The position numbers and the translations under genes are program-made. 64,000 bases of DNA. Origin: Euryarchaeota archaeon UBA53 (GTDB lineage Archaea; Thermoplasmatota; Poseidoniia; Poseidoniales; Poseidoniaceae). The notes under the pieces are model-generated. The model did no database searches, was not told the DNA's origin, and saw only the letters and a program-made list of their open reading frames with translations. Location: the NCBI GenBank assembly GCA_002507425.1, contig DAZU01000067.1, forward strand, positions 2,502 to 66,501, read 5' to 3'. Of this stretch, positions 48,199 through 56,497 are shown one piece after another; position 1 is the first letter of the stretch, and every line of letters starts with the position of its first letter.

Positions 48199-48238
48199 TA
48201 ACTAACGCGTTAATTATATGTTAACTAAACGTTAATTA
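48199..48238. repeat. direct repeats TAACTAACGCGTTAATTA (48199-48216) and TAACTAAACGTTAATTA (48222-48238) in the divergent hmgA / ATPase-wH intergenic region
   Basis: Read directly from the sequence. A third degenerate copy TTAACGTAATAA lies at 48189-48200, and a further ACGCGT..TTAAC at 48270-48283. AT-rich surroundings. Confidence 0.8.
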
Positions 48239-48336
48239 AATACAAATCAGATGCTTCGTATAACAATTTACGCGTCTTAACAGGTCTCAAAAGCGCTTCA
48301 CTTTAGTGAAACATCATATAGTCTCTAAAATTAGAT

Positions 48337-49905
48337 GTGATTATGACAGAAGAATTCCCTGTTTTGGGTTTACCTGCATTGAGGGAGAATCCATTCAAAG
48401 CTCGACCGCTTGAACCAGGACAATCAAAACTTCTTGTTGCAAGAGATCAGATAAGTGCGAGGTGGGCAAGATTCTTGAGGAATAGAACTCCAAGGTTGAT
48501 ATTGCTTATTGGAGAGAGAGGCTCTGGGCGCTCGTCACTTATGAGATGCTTGTCTTCCGAGACTACAAAGAGTGTTCATCTCGACATGTTTCCAACAGAA
48601 AATCACTCACACAGCATCCTTAACGAATTATTTGTTTCTTTAATAGGATTTGATGTTCCTTCCAGCACTCAAGAAATAGCATCTAGATTAGTATCTTTTA
48701 CTGAAAATCTAGAAGGGCCAATACCGCTAATTTCTCTAGACTTCCCAAATGTTGATGGGGGGCAACTATCTCAGGTTATATCAAATTTAATATCTCCAAT
48801 AGAGCGCCTAAACGCAGTAGTTGTAATATCACTCTCAACAGAACAAAGAGCCCAGTGGCCTACAACTTTAGTAGATAGGTTTGACCATGATGATATTATA
48901 TTGCCTATGGAGCACCATGATGTCAAAAAATTGTGTGAATCAAGAATCGCAACTGCTTCAAAATTGGGATGGGAAATGCCTGATGAGGCGGTTGAATATG
49001 TAATGGAAAAGACAAATGGGTCTCCGTATAAGGTAATGCGCCTTCTGAGGGCTATCGTTGATGAGGAAAGAGCAAACCCTCGCAAGATTAAGTATGTTGA
49101 ATCACTTGAAACCCCTGAATTCAAAGAAGTTGAAGATATAGAAGAAGAGATTTATTCAAACGAACCTGATAACGCAAAAGAGGTTTTTGACAATGGATTC
49201 GATTTAAATTTAGATAGTCTAGAAATGCCAACGAGTGACTTCCAAATTAATCCAAAGCCAGTTCCATCTATGGGGGGATTCGGGGCACTTGTAGCAAGAA
49301 ATCGTCAGAATAAAGGAATGGCACCTCGTTTTGAAAAAAATGAAGTCGACCAAGGAAATCCAGAAAGTTTAGTTGGAGATCCAAACCAATTGTGGATTGC
49401 AGATGATCCAAATGCTACTCTTATACAGTCTGTCCAAGAAACCATAGAAATCGAGGAAAATTATGTAACAGATGAGCATGATATTTCTCATGAGGAAGTT
49501 GAGAAAGTACAATCCAGTGGTGATGTTGAAGGTTTGTTCTCGCAACTTTTGGACGCTATCGGTGTTCCAAACGGTTTAGGTTTAGCAGACTTACTTTCAG
49601 CCCTCCGTAGGCCAGTTATTGGGACGAGAGATAGTAGTCCACTAGATGTTCAAACTCTTAGGAATCTTTCAAGAGGAGAAGCAATTCTGGTAGAGGTTGC
49701 ATCTGAACGAGAAATATCTCCATCCGATGCTCGGTTACAAGATAGGTTAAAGATAGGAAGACCTAGAATGTCACAGATGTGTAATCGGCTCTATAGGAGC
49801 GGAATACTTTCAGTGCAGCAAAAAGGAAGATCTAGAATGTTCAGATTGACAAACGATGCAAGGGCTCAATTGGTTGCATGGGGAATGATGGAGGCGAGCA
49901 TATGA
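48337..49905 (+). CDS. arch-ATPase / Orc1-Cdc6-like protein with degenerate Walker A (GERGSGRSS, Lys->Arg), acidic linker and C-terminal winged-helix domain
   Basis: GTG 48337 or ATG 48343. LLIGERGSGRSSLMRCL fits the archaeal ATPase (PF01637-like) pattern yGpRRvGKTSLl but lacks the P-loop lysine. Walker-B-like LISLDF has no DE. C-terminal EAILVEVASEREISPSDARLQDRLKIGRPRMSQMCNRLYRSGILSVQQKGRSRMFRLT is a winged-helix-like segment. 522 aa. Confidence 0.45.
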   Translation: MIMTEEFPVLGLPALRENPFKARPLEPGQSKLLVARDQISARWARFLRNRTPRLILLIGERGSGRSSLMRCLSSETTKSVHLDMFPTENHSHSILNELFVSLIGFDVPSSTQEIASRLVSFTENLEGPIPLISLDFPNVDGGQLSQVISNLISPIERLNAVVVISLSTEQRAQWPTTLVDRFDHDDIILPMEHHDVKKLCESRIATASKLGWEMPDEAVEYVMEKTNGSPYKVMRLLRAIVDEERANPRKIKYVESLETPEFKEVEDIEEEIYSNEPDNAKEVFDNGFDLNLDSLEMPTSDFQINPKPVPSMGGFGALVARNRQNKGMAPRFEKNEVDQGNPESLVGDPNQLWIADDPNATLIQSVQETIEIEENYVTDEHDISHEEVEKVQSSGDVEGLFSQLLDAIGVPNGLGLADLLSALRRPVIGTRDSSPLDVQTLRNLSRGEAILVEVASEREISPSDARLQDRLKIGRPRMSQMCNRLYRSGILSVQQKGRSRMFRLTNDARAQLVAWGMMEASI

Positions 49906-50930
49906 CTTGGACTGTGGCCAGATCATGGCAAGCACCTAGCATTATTTCTAATGCGACTAGAGTAGGCAATTACTTACTAGTAGCTCATGGTCTTGAATTA
50001 GTTCTTTTAGATGATGAGTTGGAGCAGAGGTGGAACAAGAAACTACCGTTTAGAGTTCATGCTGCTGCGCATGATTCTGGAAAAATTGGTGTCTTGTACG
50101 GACACGGATTTCATTTGCTGAAGGCCAGTGATGGTTCTCAATTAGGGGAGGGAAGATCAACTCAAGGAGGCTTTAGCGATATCTTACCTCGACCAGGAGG
50201 TGGATGGGTTGTGTCATGTAGAAAAGGTCAATTGCATGTTTTCAACCAAGATGGTAGAGGATTGAAACGATTTGAAGTTGGAGGTGTTAGACGCTTAGTT
50301 GGGTGGTTTGACCGAGAACATCTATTGTGGCAAGATGAGGATGGAAAACTTCGGTGTGCAAGGTTAGCTAGGGAGGATTCGCAAAGGCTGCTTGAAGACA
50401 GAGTTTGGTCATGGGTTAGCAAGATGTCTGGTGGAAGATTACTCATGCAGAGTGCAGATGGAATGCTTTGGGAGGGTTCACCACACCCTTATGGCTGGGA
50501 TAGCTTAGATACCATCGACACTAGGTCACTAGAACCATTATCCGCACATAGAGCAGGTGACGGATGGTGGGTTCTATCGATCGAAGGTAGCCTCACATCA
50601 ATGACAGAAGATGTCGATATTGAGTCAATAAATACCGATTTAGGTGAGAACCTTGTTGGTTTAGCCGCAGATACAATGGCAACTGTAAGGCGGGACGGGA
50701 TGGTCAGAATTTGGCAATCTCCAGATATGGCAGAACTAAGAAGAGTTGAAATGCAAAAAATGGTTGCTGAGGCGAAGGCTGCTAGTGATTGGGAAGAGCG
50801 AAGACAAATTTTCAAGCGAGCCTGTGATGCTGAGGAACAAGGAAGAATATCACTTGCAATCGGTTTGTATGAATCACTTGGAAGGTCTAGCGACGTAAAT
50901 CGATTGATGAAAAGGCAGAGAGGGAATTGA
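49902..50930 (+). CDS. cytoplasmic PQQ-like beta-propeller repeat protein with helical C-terminal tail
   Basis: ATGA overlap with the upstream gene (ATG 49902 / TGA 49903-49905); GGAGG 7 nt upstream. The track ORF opens at 49878. Six or more ~40-aa repeats, each with a DG motif (LKASDGSQL, VFNQDGRGL, LWQDEDGKL, LMQSADGMLW, AGDGWWV, VRRDGMVRIW). No signal peptide. Confidence 0.4.
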   Translation: MTWTVARSWQAPSIISNATRVGNYLLVAHGLELVLLDDELEQRWNKKLPFRVHAAAHDSGKIGVLYGHGFHLLKASDGSQLGEGRSTQGGFSDILPRPGGGWVVSCRKGQLHVFNQDGRGLKRFEVGGVRRLVGWFDREHLLWQDEDGKLRCARLAREDSQRLLEDRVWSWVSKMSGGRLLMQSADGMLWEGSPHPYGWDSLDTIDTRSLEPLSAHRAGDGWWVLSIEGSLTSMTEDVDIESINTDLGENLVGLAADTMATVRRDGMVRIWQSPDMAELRRVEMQKMVAEAKAASDWEERRQIFKRACDAEEQGRISLAIGLYESLGRSSDVNRLMKRQRGN

Positions 50931-51227
50931 ATGGAGATAAATAATAAATTATCCAAAGAAAAGGTTGAGCATTACCTAAACCTAACAAAAAAAGCTAGGG
51001 AAAAAGCGACTCCAATTCCAGAAGAAGGCAGCAGCGACTGGGAAAAACTAGAAATTATGCTCAAAATGGCAGATGACTATTCTAGCGATGCTCAATTTTT
51101 CATGGAAAATGGTGATTATGTCAGGGCATTTGGTGCAATAAACTATGCGCATGCTTGGATAGATGCAGGCGTTAGGTTAAGATTGCTAGATGGCCATGGA
51201 GACGACCAATTATTCACTCTTCCATGA
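50931..51227 (+). CDS. small (98 aa) alpha-helical protein, HEPN-like (R-x4-6-H candidate motif RLRLLDGH)
   Basis: ATG immediately after the upstream TGA (50928-50930). FMENGDYVRAFGAINYAHAWIDAGVRLRLLDGH resembles the HEPN helix pattern with a terminal Rx4-6H. Weak, by-eye call. Confidence 0.3.
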   Translation: MEINNKLSKEKVEHYLNLTKKAREKATPIPEEGSSDWEKLEIMLKMADDYSSDAQFFMENGDYVRAFGAINYAHAWIDAGVRLRLLDGHGDDQLFTLP

Positions 51228-51246
51228 TAGGTCAATCTCTCTAATA

Positions 51247-51612
51247 TTATGACATAACATATCTTAGGTGGCTTCTACCAATTACTTCAATCCACGGAAG
51301 ACTAGCTCTAGAAAGCCGTCTTTTAAGTTCAGTATCAACGGTAAGAATTGGAAATTTGTTATTAGAGGCTACCGCAAATAATTGGTCGTCTGTATGTTTC
51401 CCAGCTTCAATAGGGGTGTCCAATAGAATAGATTTTTTCAACAGCATTGGAATCATCAGGTTAATTCCATCAATTTCTCTTAACTCGTCTAAAACCCTAG
51501 GTATAATTGCTAATTGTTTGATTCCAGAACATTCTAGTAGAGCTTTGTCAATATTCAGATTTGATTCAATTACAGCAACCCATCCACAAGTGTCAACAAG
51601 GACGCATTGCAT
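51247..51612 (-). CDS. PIN-domain protein, conserved partner downstream of aIF2-gamma
   Basis: VLVDTCGWVAV (first acidic residue of PIN), VLDEL, TDDQLFAVA, ILTVDTELKRRL. ATG at 51612 lies 5 nt after the eif2g stop. The track ORF extends to 51651, overlapping eif2g by 34 nt. Confidence 0.6.
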   Translation of the reverse strand: MQCVLVDTCGWVAVIESNLNIDKALLECSGIKQLAIIPRVLDELREIDGINLMIPMLLKKSILLDTPIEAGKHTDDQLFAVASNNKFPILTVDTELKRRLSRASLPWIEVIGRSHLRYVMS

Positions 51613-51617
51613 GGCAA

Positions 51618-52856
51618 TCACTGGATCGTTCCATGACCTATCAGTCTCCACCTTGCGCCAACACGTCTCGATATCGATATTCTCTGTCCTTTATCTGCAC
51701 AAATTGGTAGTCTGAGGTTCAATGTAGCGCTTTCTTTTTTGGGGTTTGAAACTACTCCAACACTTGTTGCAGTTGCAACATTAACCATCAACATCTCATT
51801 GGACCGAAGTGGCATTATTTGACTAGGTTCCTCTCCTTCTCCTGAAACCATATTTTTCATGAGTTTCAATGAAATATCAACCTTATCTCTGACCTCTGGC
51901 AGTTCTCCGACTCTAGCGACAACTTGTCCAGAGAGATTATCGGATGTGGTCAGGGCAGGATCTAGAGGAGTTGCCATTCCACACAAACCGCCGGCATGCA
52001 TACTGTCAAGGTTTAATCCTCCACCTTGCATGCTTGAGACCTTTGTCTTGATTGGCTCGTAATGTACTTTGTTTCCTTTTTCTATCTTCTTACCAGGTCC
52101 AATCAATACCTCATCATCGATATTGAATTCCCCTTCAACAATACTTCCTCCGATTACTCCACCTCGAAGTTTTGTTGGCCGTGTGCCGGGTTTGTTAATG
52201 TCGAAAGAGCGAGCGACGTGCATGATAGCCCTTTTGTCTTTAGACCTGTCAGGGGTTGTTATGGTTGCTTCTATAGCCTGAATTAATATATCCAGATTCA
52301 CATCGTGATGTGCAGAAACGGGGATTATAGGAGCCTTTTCAACAATCGTGCCTTTTACAAATTCCTTTATTTCTTTATATGACTCAACCGCTCTTTCTTT
52401 CGTAACAAGATCGATTTTATTTTGGACAATAACGATGTTCTCTATGCCTGCAATCTCGAGAGCCATCAGGTGCTCTCGTGTTTGTGGTTGAGGACAGGAG
52501 TCATTGGCTGCTATCATTAGCATCGCACCGTCCATTATACTTGCACCAGTGATCATGATTGCCATAAGTGTCTCATGACCCGGGGCGTCTACAAATGAAA
52601 CCACTCTTTGTAGTTCTGTGGCATCATCATTTCCACCGCCCGGTCTTTTGCCGGTGGCATAATATTCTCCCTTATCGGTCTTGTAAAATGCGGTGTCGGC
52701 ATAACCAAGTTTTATGGATATACCTCTCTTTCTTTCCTCTGAATGAGTATCCGTCCATATGCCTGATAATGCTTGAGTCAATGTCGTTTTCCCATGGTCA
52801 ACGTGTCCTACTAGTCCAATATTCACTTCTGGTTGTTTGGGAAGCTTGCGTGCCAT
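51618..52856 (-). CDS. eif2g: translation initiation factor aIF2 gamma subunit
   Basis: NIGLVGHVDHGKTTLTQALSG (G1), the zinc-knuckle region, and EF-Tu-like domains II/III. 412 aa. Confidence 0.95.
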   Translation of the reverse strand: MARKLPKQPEVNIGLVGHVDHGKTTLTQALSGIWTDTHSEERKRGISIKLGYADTAFYKTDKGEYYATGKRPGGGNDDATELQRVVSFVDAPGHETLMAIMITGASIMDGAMLMIAANDSCPQPQTREHLMALEIAGIENIVIVQNKIDLVTKERAVESYKEIKEFVKGTIVEKAPIIPVSAHHDVNLDILIQAIEATITTPDRSKDKRAIMHVARSFDINKPGTRPTKLRGGVIGGSIVEGEFNIDDEVLIGPGKKIEKGNKVHYEPIKTKVSSMQGGGLNLDSMHAGGLCGMATPLDPALTTSDNLSGQVVARVGELPEVRDKVDISLKLMKNMVSGEGEEPSQIMPLRSNEMLMVNVATATSVGVVSNPKKESATLNLRLPICADKGQRISISRRVGARWRLIGHGTIQ

Positions 52857-52896
52857 GCTCCCTAACCTCCTAAAACCTCAAACCAGTTCTGATGCT

Positions 52897-53376
52897 TCAG
52901 TCACTGCTCTCCTCGATTGACCCAAGAATATCTCCTAGGCTTTTGTTGGCAGCTTCCACGACTTTGAGATTTATTTGTCTTGTATCTTGAGTAATGGTAT
53001 TTCCTCGGAAGTTCCTGCGTTTCCTCATCCCATCAGGTTTGTATCGGAATCTTTTCTTTTCCCCGCCCTTTGATTTGAAAACTAGTGAATGGCCTTTGAA
53101 CCCAGTAGATGCAGTCACTAAAACGGATTGTCGATTACCTCCGCTTAGATCGCTCCGCATTGGAGTTCCTGTTTTGTCAGAGCCACCGGTGATTTCTAAC
53201 TTATAGCCAGCTAGAGTCTGCTCTCCCTCTCCAACGAAAATTCCGTCAACCAAATCTCCTATTCGCTTTCCTAGGAATTGTGATAGATTATTCCCACTGA
53301 TTGTCATGTTGTAGGAACGTCCACCGTTGTCTGGATTTGTGTCATTGACCACTGCGATAAACGTTGTCTCTGCCAT
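52897..53376 (-). CDS. rps6e: 30S ribosomal protein S6e
   Basis: FKSKGGEKKRFRYKPDGMRKRRNFRGNTI and overall S6e pattern. 159 aa. Confidence 0.9.
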   Translation of the reverse strand: MAETTFIAVVNDTNPDNGGRSYNMTISGNNLSQFLGKRIGDLVDGIFVGEGEQTLAGYKLEITGGSDKTGTPMRSDLSGGNRQSVLVTASTGFKGHSLVFKSKGGEKKRFRYKPDGMRKRRNFRGNTITQDTRQINLKVVEAANKSLGDILGSIEESSD

Positions 53377-53446
53377 ATTATCAACTCTTGAGCGGCTTTG
53401 CGACTTAAGCAGGGTATTTATGCCCTTTTATCATCAAAAAATCAAT

Positions 53447-54631
53447 CTAACGACGTATTTTAGTCGGAATCAGCGTTTCGAGCCTGCGTGCAACATCGCT
53501 GGGAAGCATATGAGGCATCGAAATATGTTGAGTTCTGCCTCGACCAACCTCAGCTTTTGCAGTTCTTGTCACAATGATATCTTCTTGTGCCAATCTTTTC
53601 AGGTGTTTCCAGAGCGTAGTGTGACCTTTTGGAGATTCATCGAACTCTTCGCATACCACATGATACAGTTTTTCTGCTATACCGCTTGTAACACTTTCCT
53701 GCTTCTTTAATCTCCTACATAGACCTAACAAGATGAGCATTGCATGAACGGGTATATCGTCAATGTTCATCGAATCGACATTGTTTGGCATGGTGATAAC
53801 AGTCCTTTGAACATCTTTGGGTTCAATAATGGATCTACCTGATGATTCAGCACGCTTTGCAGCACCTTCTAGAAGTTCAATTGACTGCCTAGCATCTCCA
53901 GAGGGAGCAGCAGCCTGAGCCACTAATTCTAGAATTTCATCAGGACACGTTCCGGTGACTAAACCTAAATCTCTTCTCTGAGAAATTATTTGAAAAAGTC
54001 CGTTTTCATCATATGGAGGTATTCTGATATGATTTGAGCGCCCAACTCTTGACAACACCGCATTTTCTAGCAAATCCAAGATCTGCTCCTGACTTACTAG
54101 TATTGTTGAGAGCGTTCCAGTTCCATCTCTATCTTCATCAATTCGCATCAATTTGTAAATTATGTCATCTCCCGACCTTCTCAGCAGGTGGTCTACTTCA
54201 TCTAAAATTACTATTAAGTGAGAATTACTGTTGCTAAGCATCCTTCTTAAACTTGTTAGAAGTTCTCCAACTCCAAGGCCTCTGTCTGGGTGTCCAGGGT
54301 CCAAATCTTGGACTATTTTTTGCATCACCCGGGACGGAGTTGCAGCATTTCTGCAGTTAACGTGCACGTGCCGAATATTCCTTTTGTCGGCCAGATGTCG
54401 AATAACATCTTTACAGAAACGCTTTGCTAACGCAGTTTTGCCAGATCCTACTGGGCCGGTAATTACAGCTCTTGCAGTTCCTTCTGGGTGACTGATACTG
54501 CCAAAGATAGACGCCAATTCCTTTTGTAATTCTTCTCTTCCAACAAGGATATCTGGTATAAAATCAAAGCCAAAAACCTCGGGATTGTTAAGCACGAGGC
54601 CAGCACCGATTCGGTCTAGATAGGAACTCAT
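53447..54631 (-). CDS. cdc6: Orc1/Cdc6 replication initiator
   Basis: LVGREELQKEL...AVITGPVGSGKTALAKRF (Walker A), DEVDHLL (Walker B), C-terminal winged helix. 394 aa. Confidence 0.9.
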   Translation of the reverse strand: MSSYLDRIGAGLVLNNPEVFGFDFIPDILVGREELQKELASIFGSISHPEGTARAVITGPVGSGKTALAKRFCKDVIRHLADKRNIRHVHVNCRNAATPSRVMQKIVQDLDPGHPDRGLGVGELLTSLRRMLSNSNSHLIVILDEVDHLLRRSGDDIIYKLMRIDEDRDGTGTLSTILVSQEQILDLLENAVLSRVGRSNHIRIPPYDENGLFQIISQRRDLGLVTGTCPDEILELVAQAAAPSGDARQSIELLEGAAKRAESSGRSIIEPKDVQRTVITMPNNVDSMNIDDIPVHAMLILLGLCRRLKKQESVTSGIAEKLYHVVCEEFDESPKGHTTLWKHLKRLAQEDIIVTRTAKAEVGRGRTQHISMPHMLPSDVARRLETLIPTKIRR

Positions 54632-54799
54632 GACTACAAAGGGTCATCGTCTATGGTTATTGAACTTTCAATAAGAAATTATCATGCAGATATCTCATAG
54701 GTAGTAATGTCGCAGATCGAGAGAGAAAAAATAGACTGATATTCATTGTCAAAATCACAATAAACAACGATGAGCAATAGGCACTATGATTCTGCGAAA

Positions 54800-55906
54800 T
54801 CAGTGTATCTGATCAAACTTGTATCCATTTTCCCACTTCTTTTCGCCTAAAACAACTTGCAATTCGTATGGGGTGAGCATAGGTTTCGCATATTTTACCG
54901 CATCATCGATTGCGATTCTAGGGCATGCGGTATTGACAAAAACATCCACAGGGTAGAAATCAATTAATTCTGGTCCAATATGTTCCATAGCGAGTAAGAA
55001 ACCTTTCTTGCCATGCTTCTCAAGCTTTCTTTTCATACGAAGAGCCAAATTGCGTCGCATTTGGCCAGGTTTGGCACCAATTAGTATTCCAAATCTATCT
55101 TTATCCATTGAGGACATAATCAATCCAGACCGTTGTCTTAGGATTCGTTCAATCCTTTCTCTACCCATCTCTTTGGCATCTCCAGAATATGGGTCTAACA
55201 TGGCCAGAGGCTTACCTGTGTGCAATACAAGACCGATTGGATGGAAATCTCCACTCCCAAGGAACACGTAGTGTCCGACAGTTGGATCATCTCCTGAGTA
55301 ATTGCATCCCAGCACCTGCCCGGGCAGTGTTAGTCTAGCTCCTCCAACTGGTATTGTGACATCAAATCCTGCGTCTTCGAAGTGTTTTTTGAATGTAGGC
55401 AGTAGGTGCAGGTGTTGTATGCTGCCCACCAATCCCAGTTTTGTATCAGTGAGCGGTGCAACTCTTCCCACCATATCTTCGAATTTGTCAATAGCTTCAA
55501 GTTCTGACAAGACCGGTCCAGATGCTCCGTTTAGACGACTTCTAGCAATCTCTCGGTGTGCGTGTAAGTATGGAAGAACGGGGGCAATCTCAGGACTTCC
55601 ATGGTAAGTCACAGGGATAAATTGAGTTGCCATTCCTGAATCAATATTCATCTGTGAGTGGCCCATGTGTGCTACTAATTCGACTCCTATATTCTGCATC
55701 TTGTCATGAACTAAATCACAGGCACCGTAGCATGGGTCTGCTGACAAAACAACCCTTGCTGAGGTCTCTGTTTCGATTTCATCCATCATTTCTAAAGCCT
55801 GCATCTTTAACCCTTCAGGTACTTGCAAGGCAATCAGCTTCAGGTCGTTTTGCTTGATTCTTTCAACGAGGTCGTCAAGTTGAAAGTCATGTCTGTCAAG
55901 GTCCAA
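54800..55906 (-). CDS. dph2: 2-(3-amino-3-carboxypropyl)histidine synthase (diphthamide biosynthesis Dph2)
   Basis: LIALQVPEGLK...LSADPCYGACD. Three conserved Cys-containing blocks of the radical-SAM-like Dph2 family. 368 aa. Confidence 0.75.
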   Translation of the reverse strand: MDLDRHDFQLDDLVERIKQNDLKLIALQVPEGLKMQALEMMDEIETETSARVVLSADPCYGACDLVHDKMQNIGVELVAHMGHSQMNIDSGMATQFIPVTYHGSPEIAPVLPYLHAHREIARSRLNGASGPVLSELEAIDKFEDMVGRVAPLTDTKLGLVGSIQHLHLLPTFKKHFEDAGFDVTIPVGGARLTLPGQVLGCNYSGDDPTVGHYVFLGSGDFHPIGLVLHTGKPLAMLDPYSGDAKEMGRERIERILRQRSGLIMSSMDKDRFGILIGAKPGQMRRNLALRMKRKLEKHGKKGFLLAMEHIGPELIDFYPVDVFVNTACPRIAIDDAVKYAKPMLTPYELQVVLGEKKWENGYKFDQIH

Positions 55907-55991
55907 GCATACTCACCTCATCGTTTATGGTCCTACCTGGGGCTTCATCCATCTATTAATATGGGTTTGGCCTCACAAGTGCTTTGAACAA

Positions 55992-56393
55992 TCATCCCTC
56001 TGCTAAAAAGTCGACATACTCATCAGGTTCGAGCAAATTTTCCATGTCCACGTCGTGCGGGTTGAGTATGATAATCCAACCTAGATCGTATGGTGAGTCG
56101 TTCACTAAATCGGGATTAATCTCAACTTCACCGTTGACTTCAGCTATTTCGCCTGCGAAAGGGCTTGGGAATGTGAATTTCTCTTCTGCGGTCCAAATGG
56201 AGAATAGATTCTGCTCTTCATCTACCTCAGTTTCAGCATGCGGAAGGATAATTCTGAGTACTTCGCCAATGTCTGCAGCAAGAAAATCAGAGATGCCAAT
56301 TACTAAGCGGTCGTCCTTTTCTTGATACCAAAGATGGTCTCTTGAATACTTTCGGCTGTGTGCTATTCCAAATTCCATGACTTCATCATCCAT
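55992..56393 (-). CDS. gcvH: glycine cleavage system H protein (lipoyl carrier)
   Basis: RKYSRDHLWYQ (YT.EHEW), VIGISDFLAADIGEV, SIWTAEEKFTFPSPFAGEI (lipoyl-Lys block, ESVKAAS equivalent), DSPYDLGWI. Start at 56393 or 56378 rather than the track's 56438. Confidence 0.75.
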   Translation of the reverse strand: MDDEVMEFGIAHSRKYSRDHLWYQEKDDRLVIGISDFLAADIGEVLRIILPHAETEVDEEQNLFSIWTAEEKFTFPSPFAGEIAEVNGEVEINPDLVNDSPYDLGWIIILNPHDVDMENLLEPDEYVDFLAEG

Positions 56394-56497
56394 GGTCTTT
56401 ACCCGGGTCCCCGTGATACAAGTAATATATGAACGCACTGTTAATCATGAATTAACAATAGGTATCCATAAAATGCTTCAACCATTTGGGTGTGTTC

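Noticed and set aside
50931-51651. HEPN-PIN toxin-antitoxin pair (convergent small genes)
   Set aside because: The PIN gene belongs to the conserved rps6e-eif2g-PIN operon on the opposite strand, and the HEPN-like gene belongs to the upstream + operon. The convergent orientation and operon memberships argue against a two-gene TA cassette.
54632-54799. Possible replication origin upstream of the bona fide orc1/cdc6
   Set aside because: Only 168 bp, and I could not find repeated ORB-like or mini-ORB elements or an obvious duplex unwinding element by eye. Left as unresolved rather than called.
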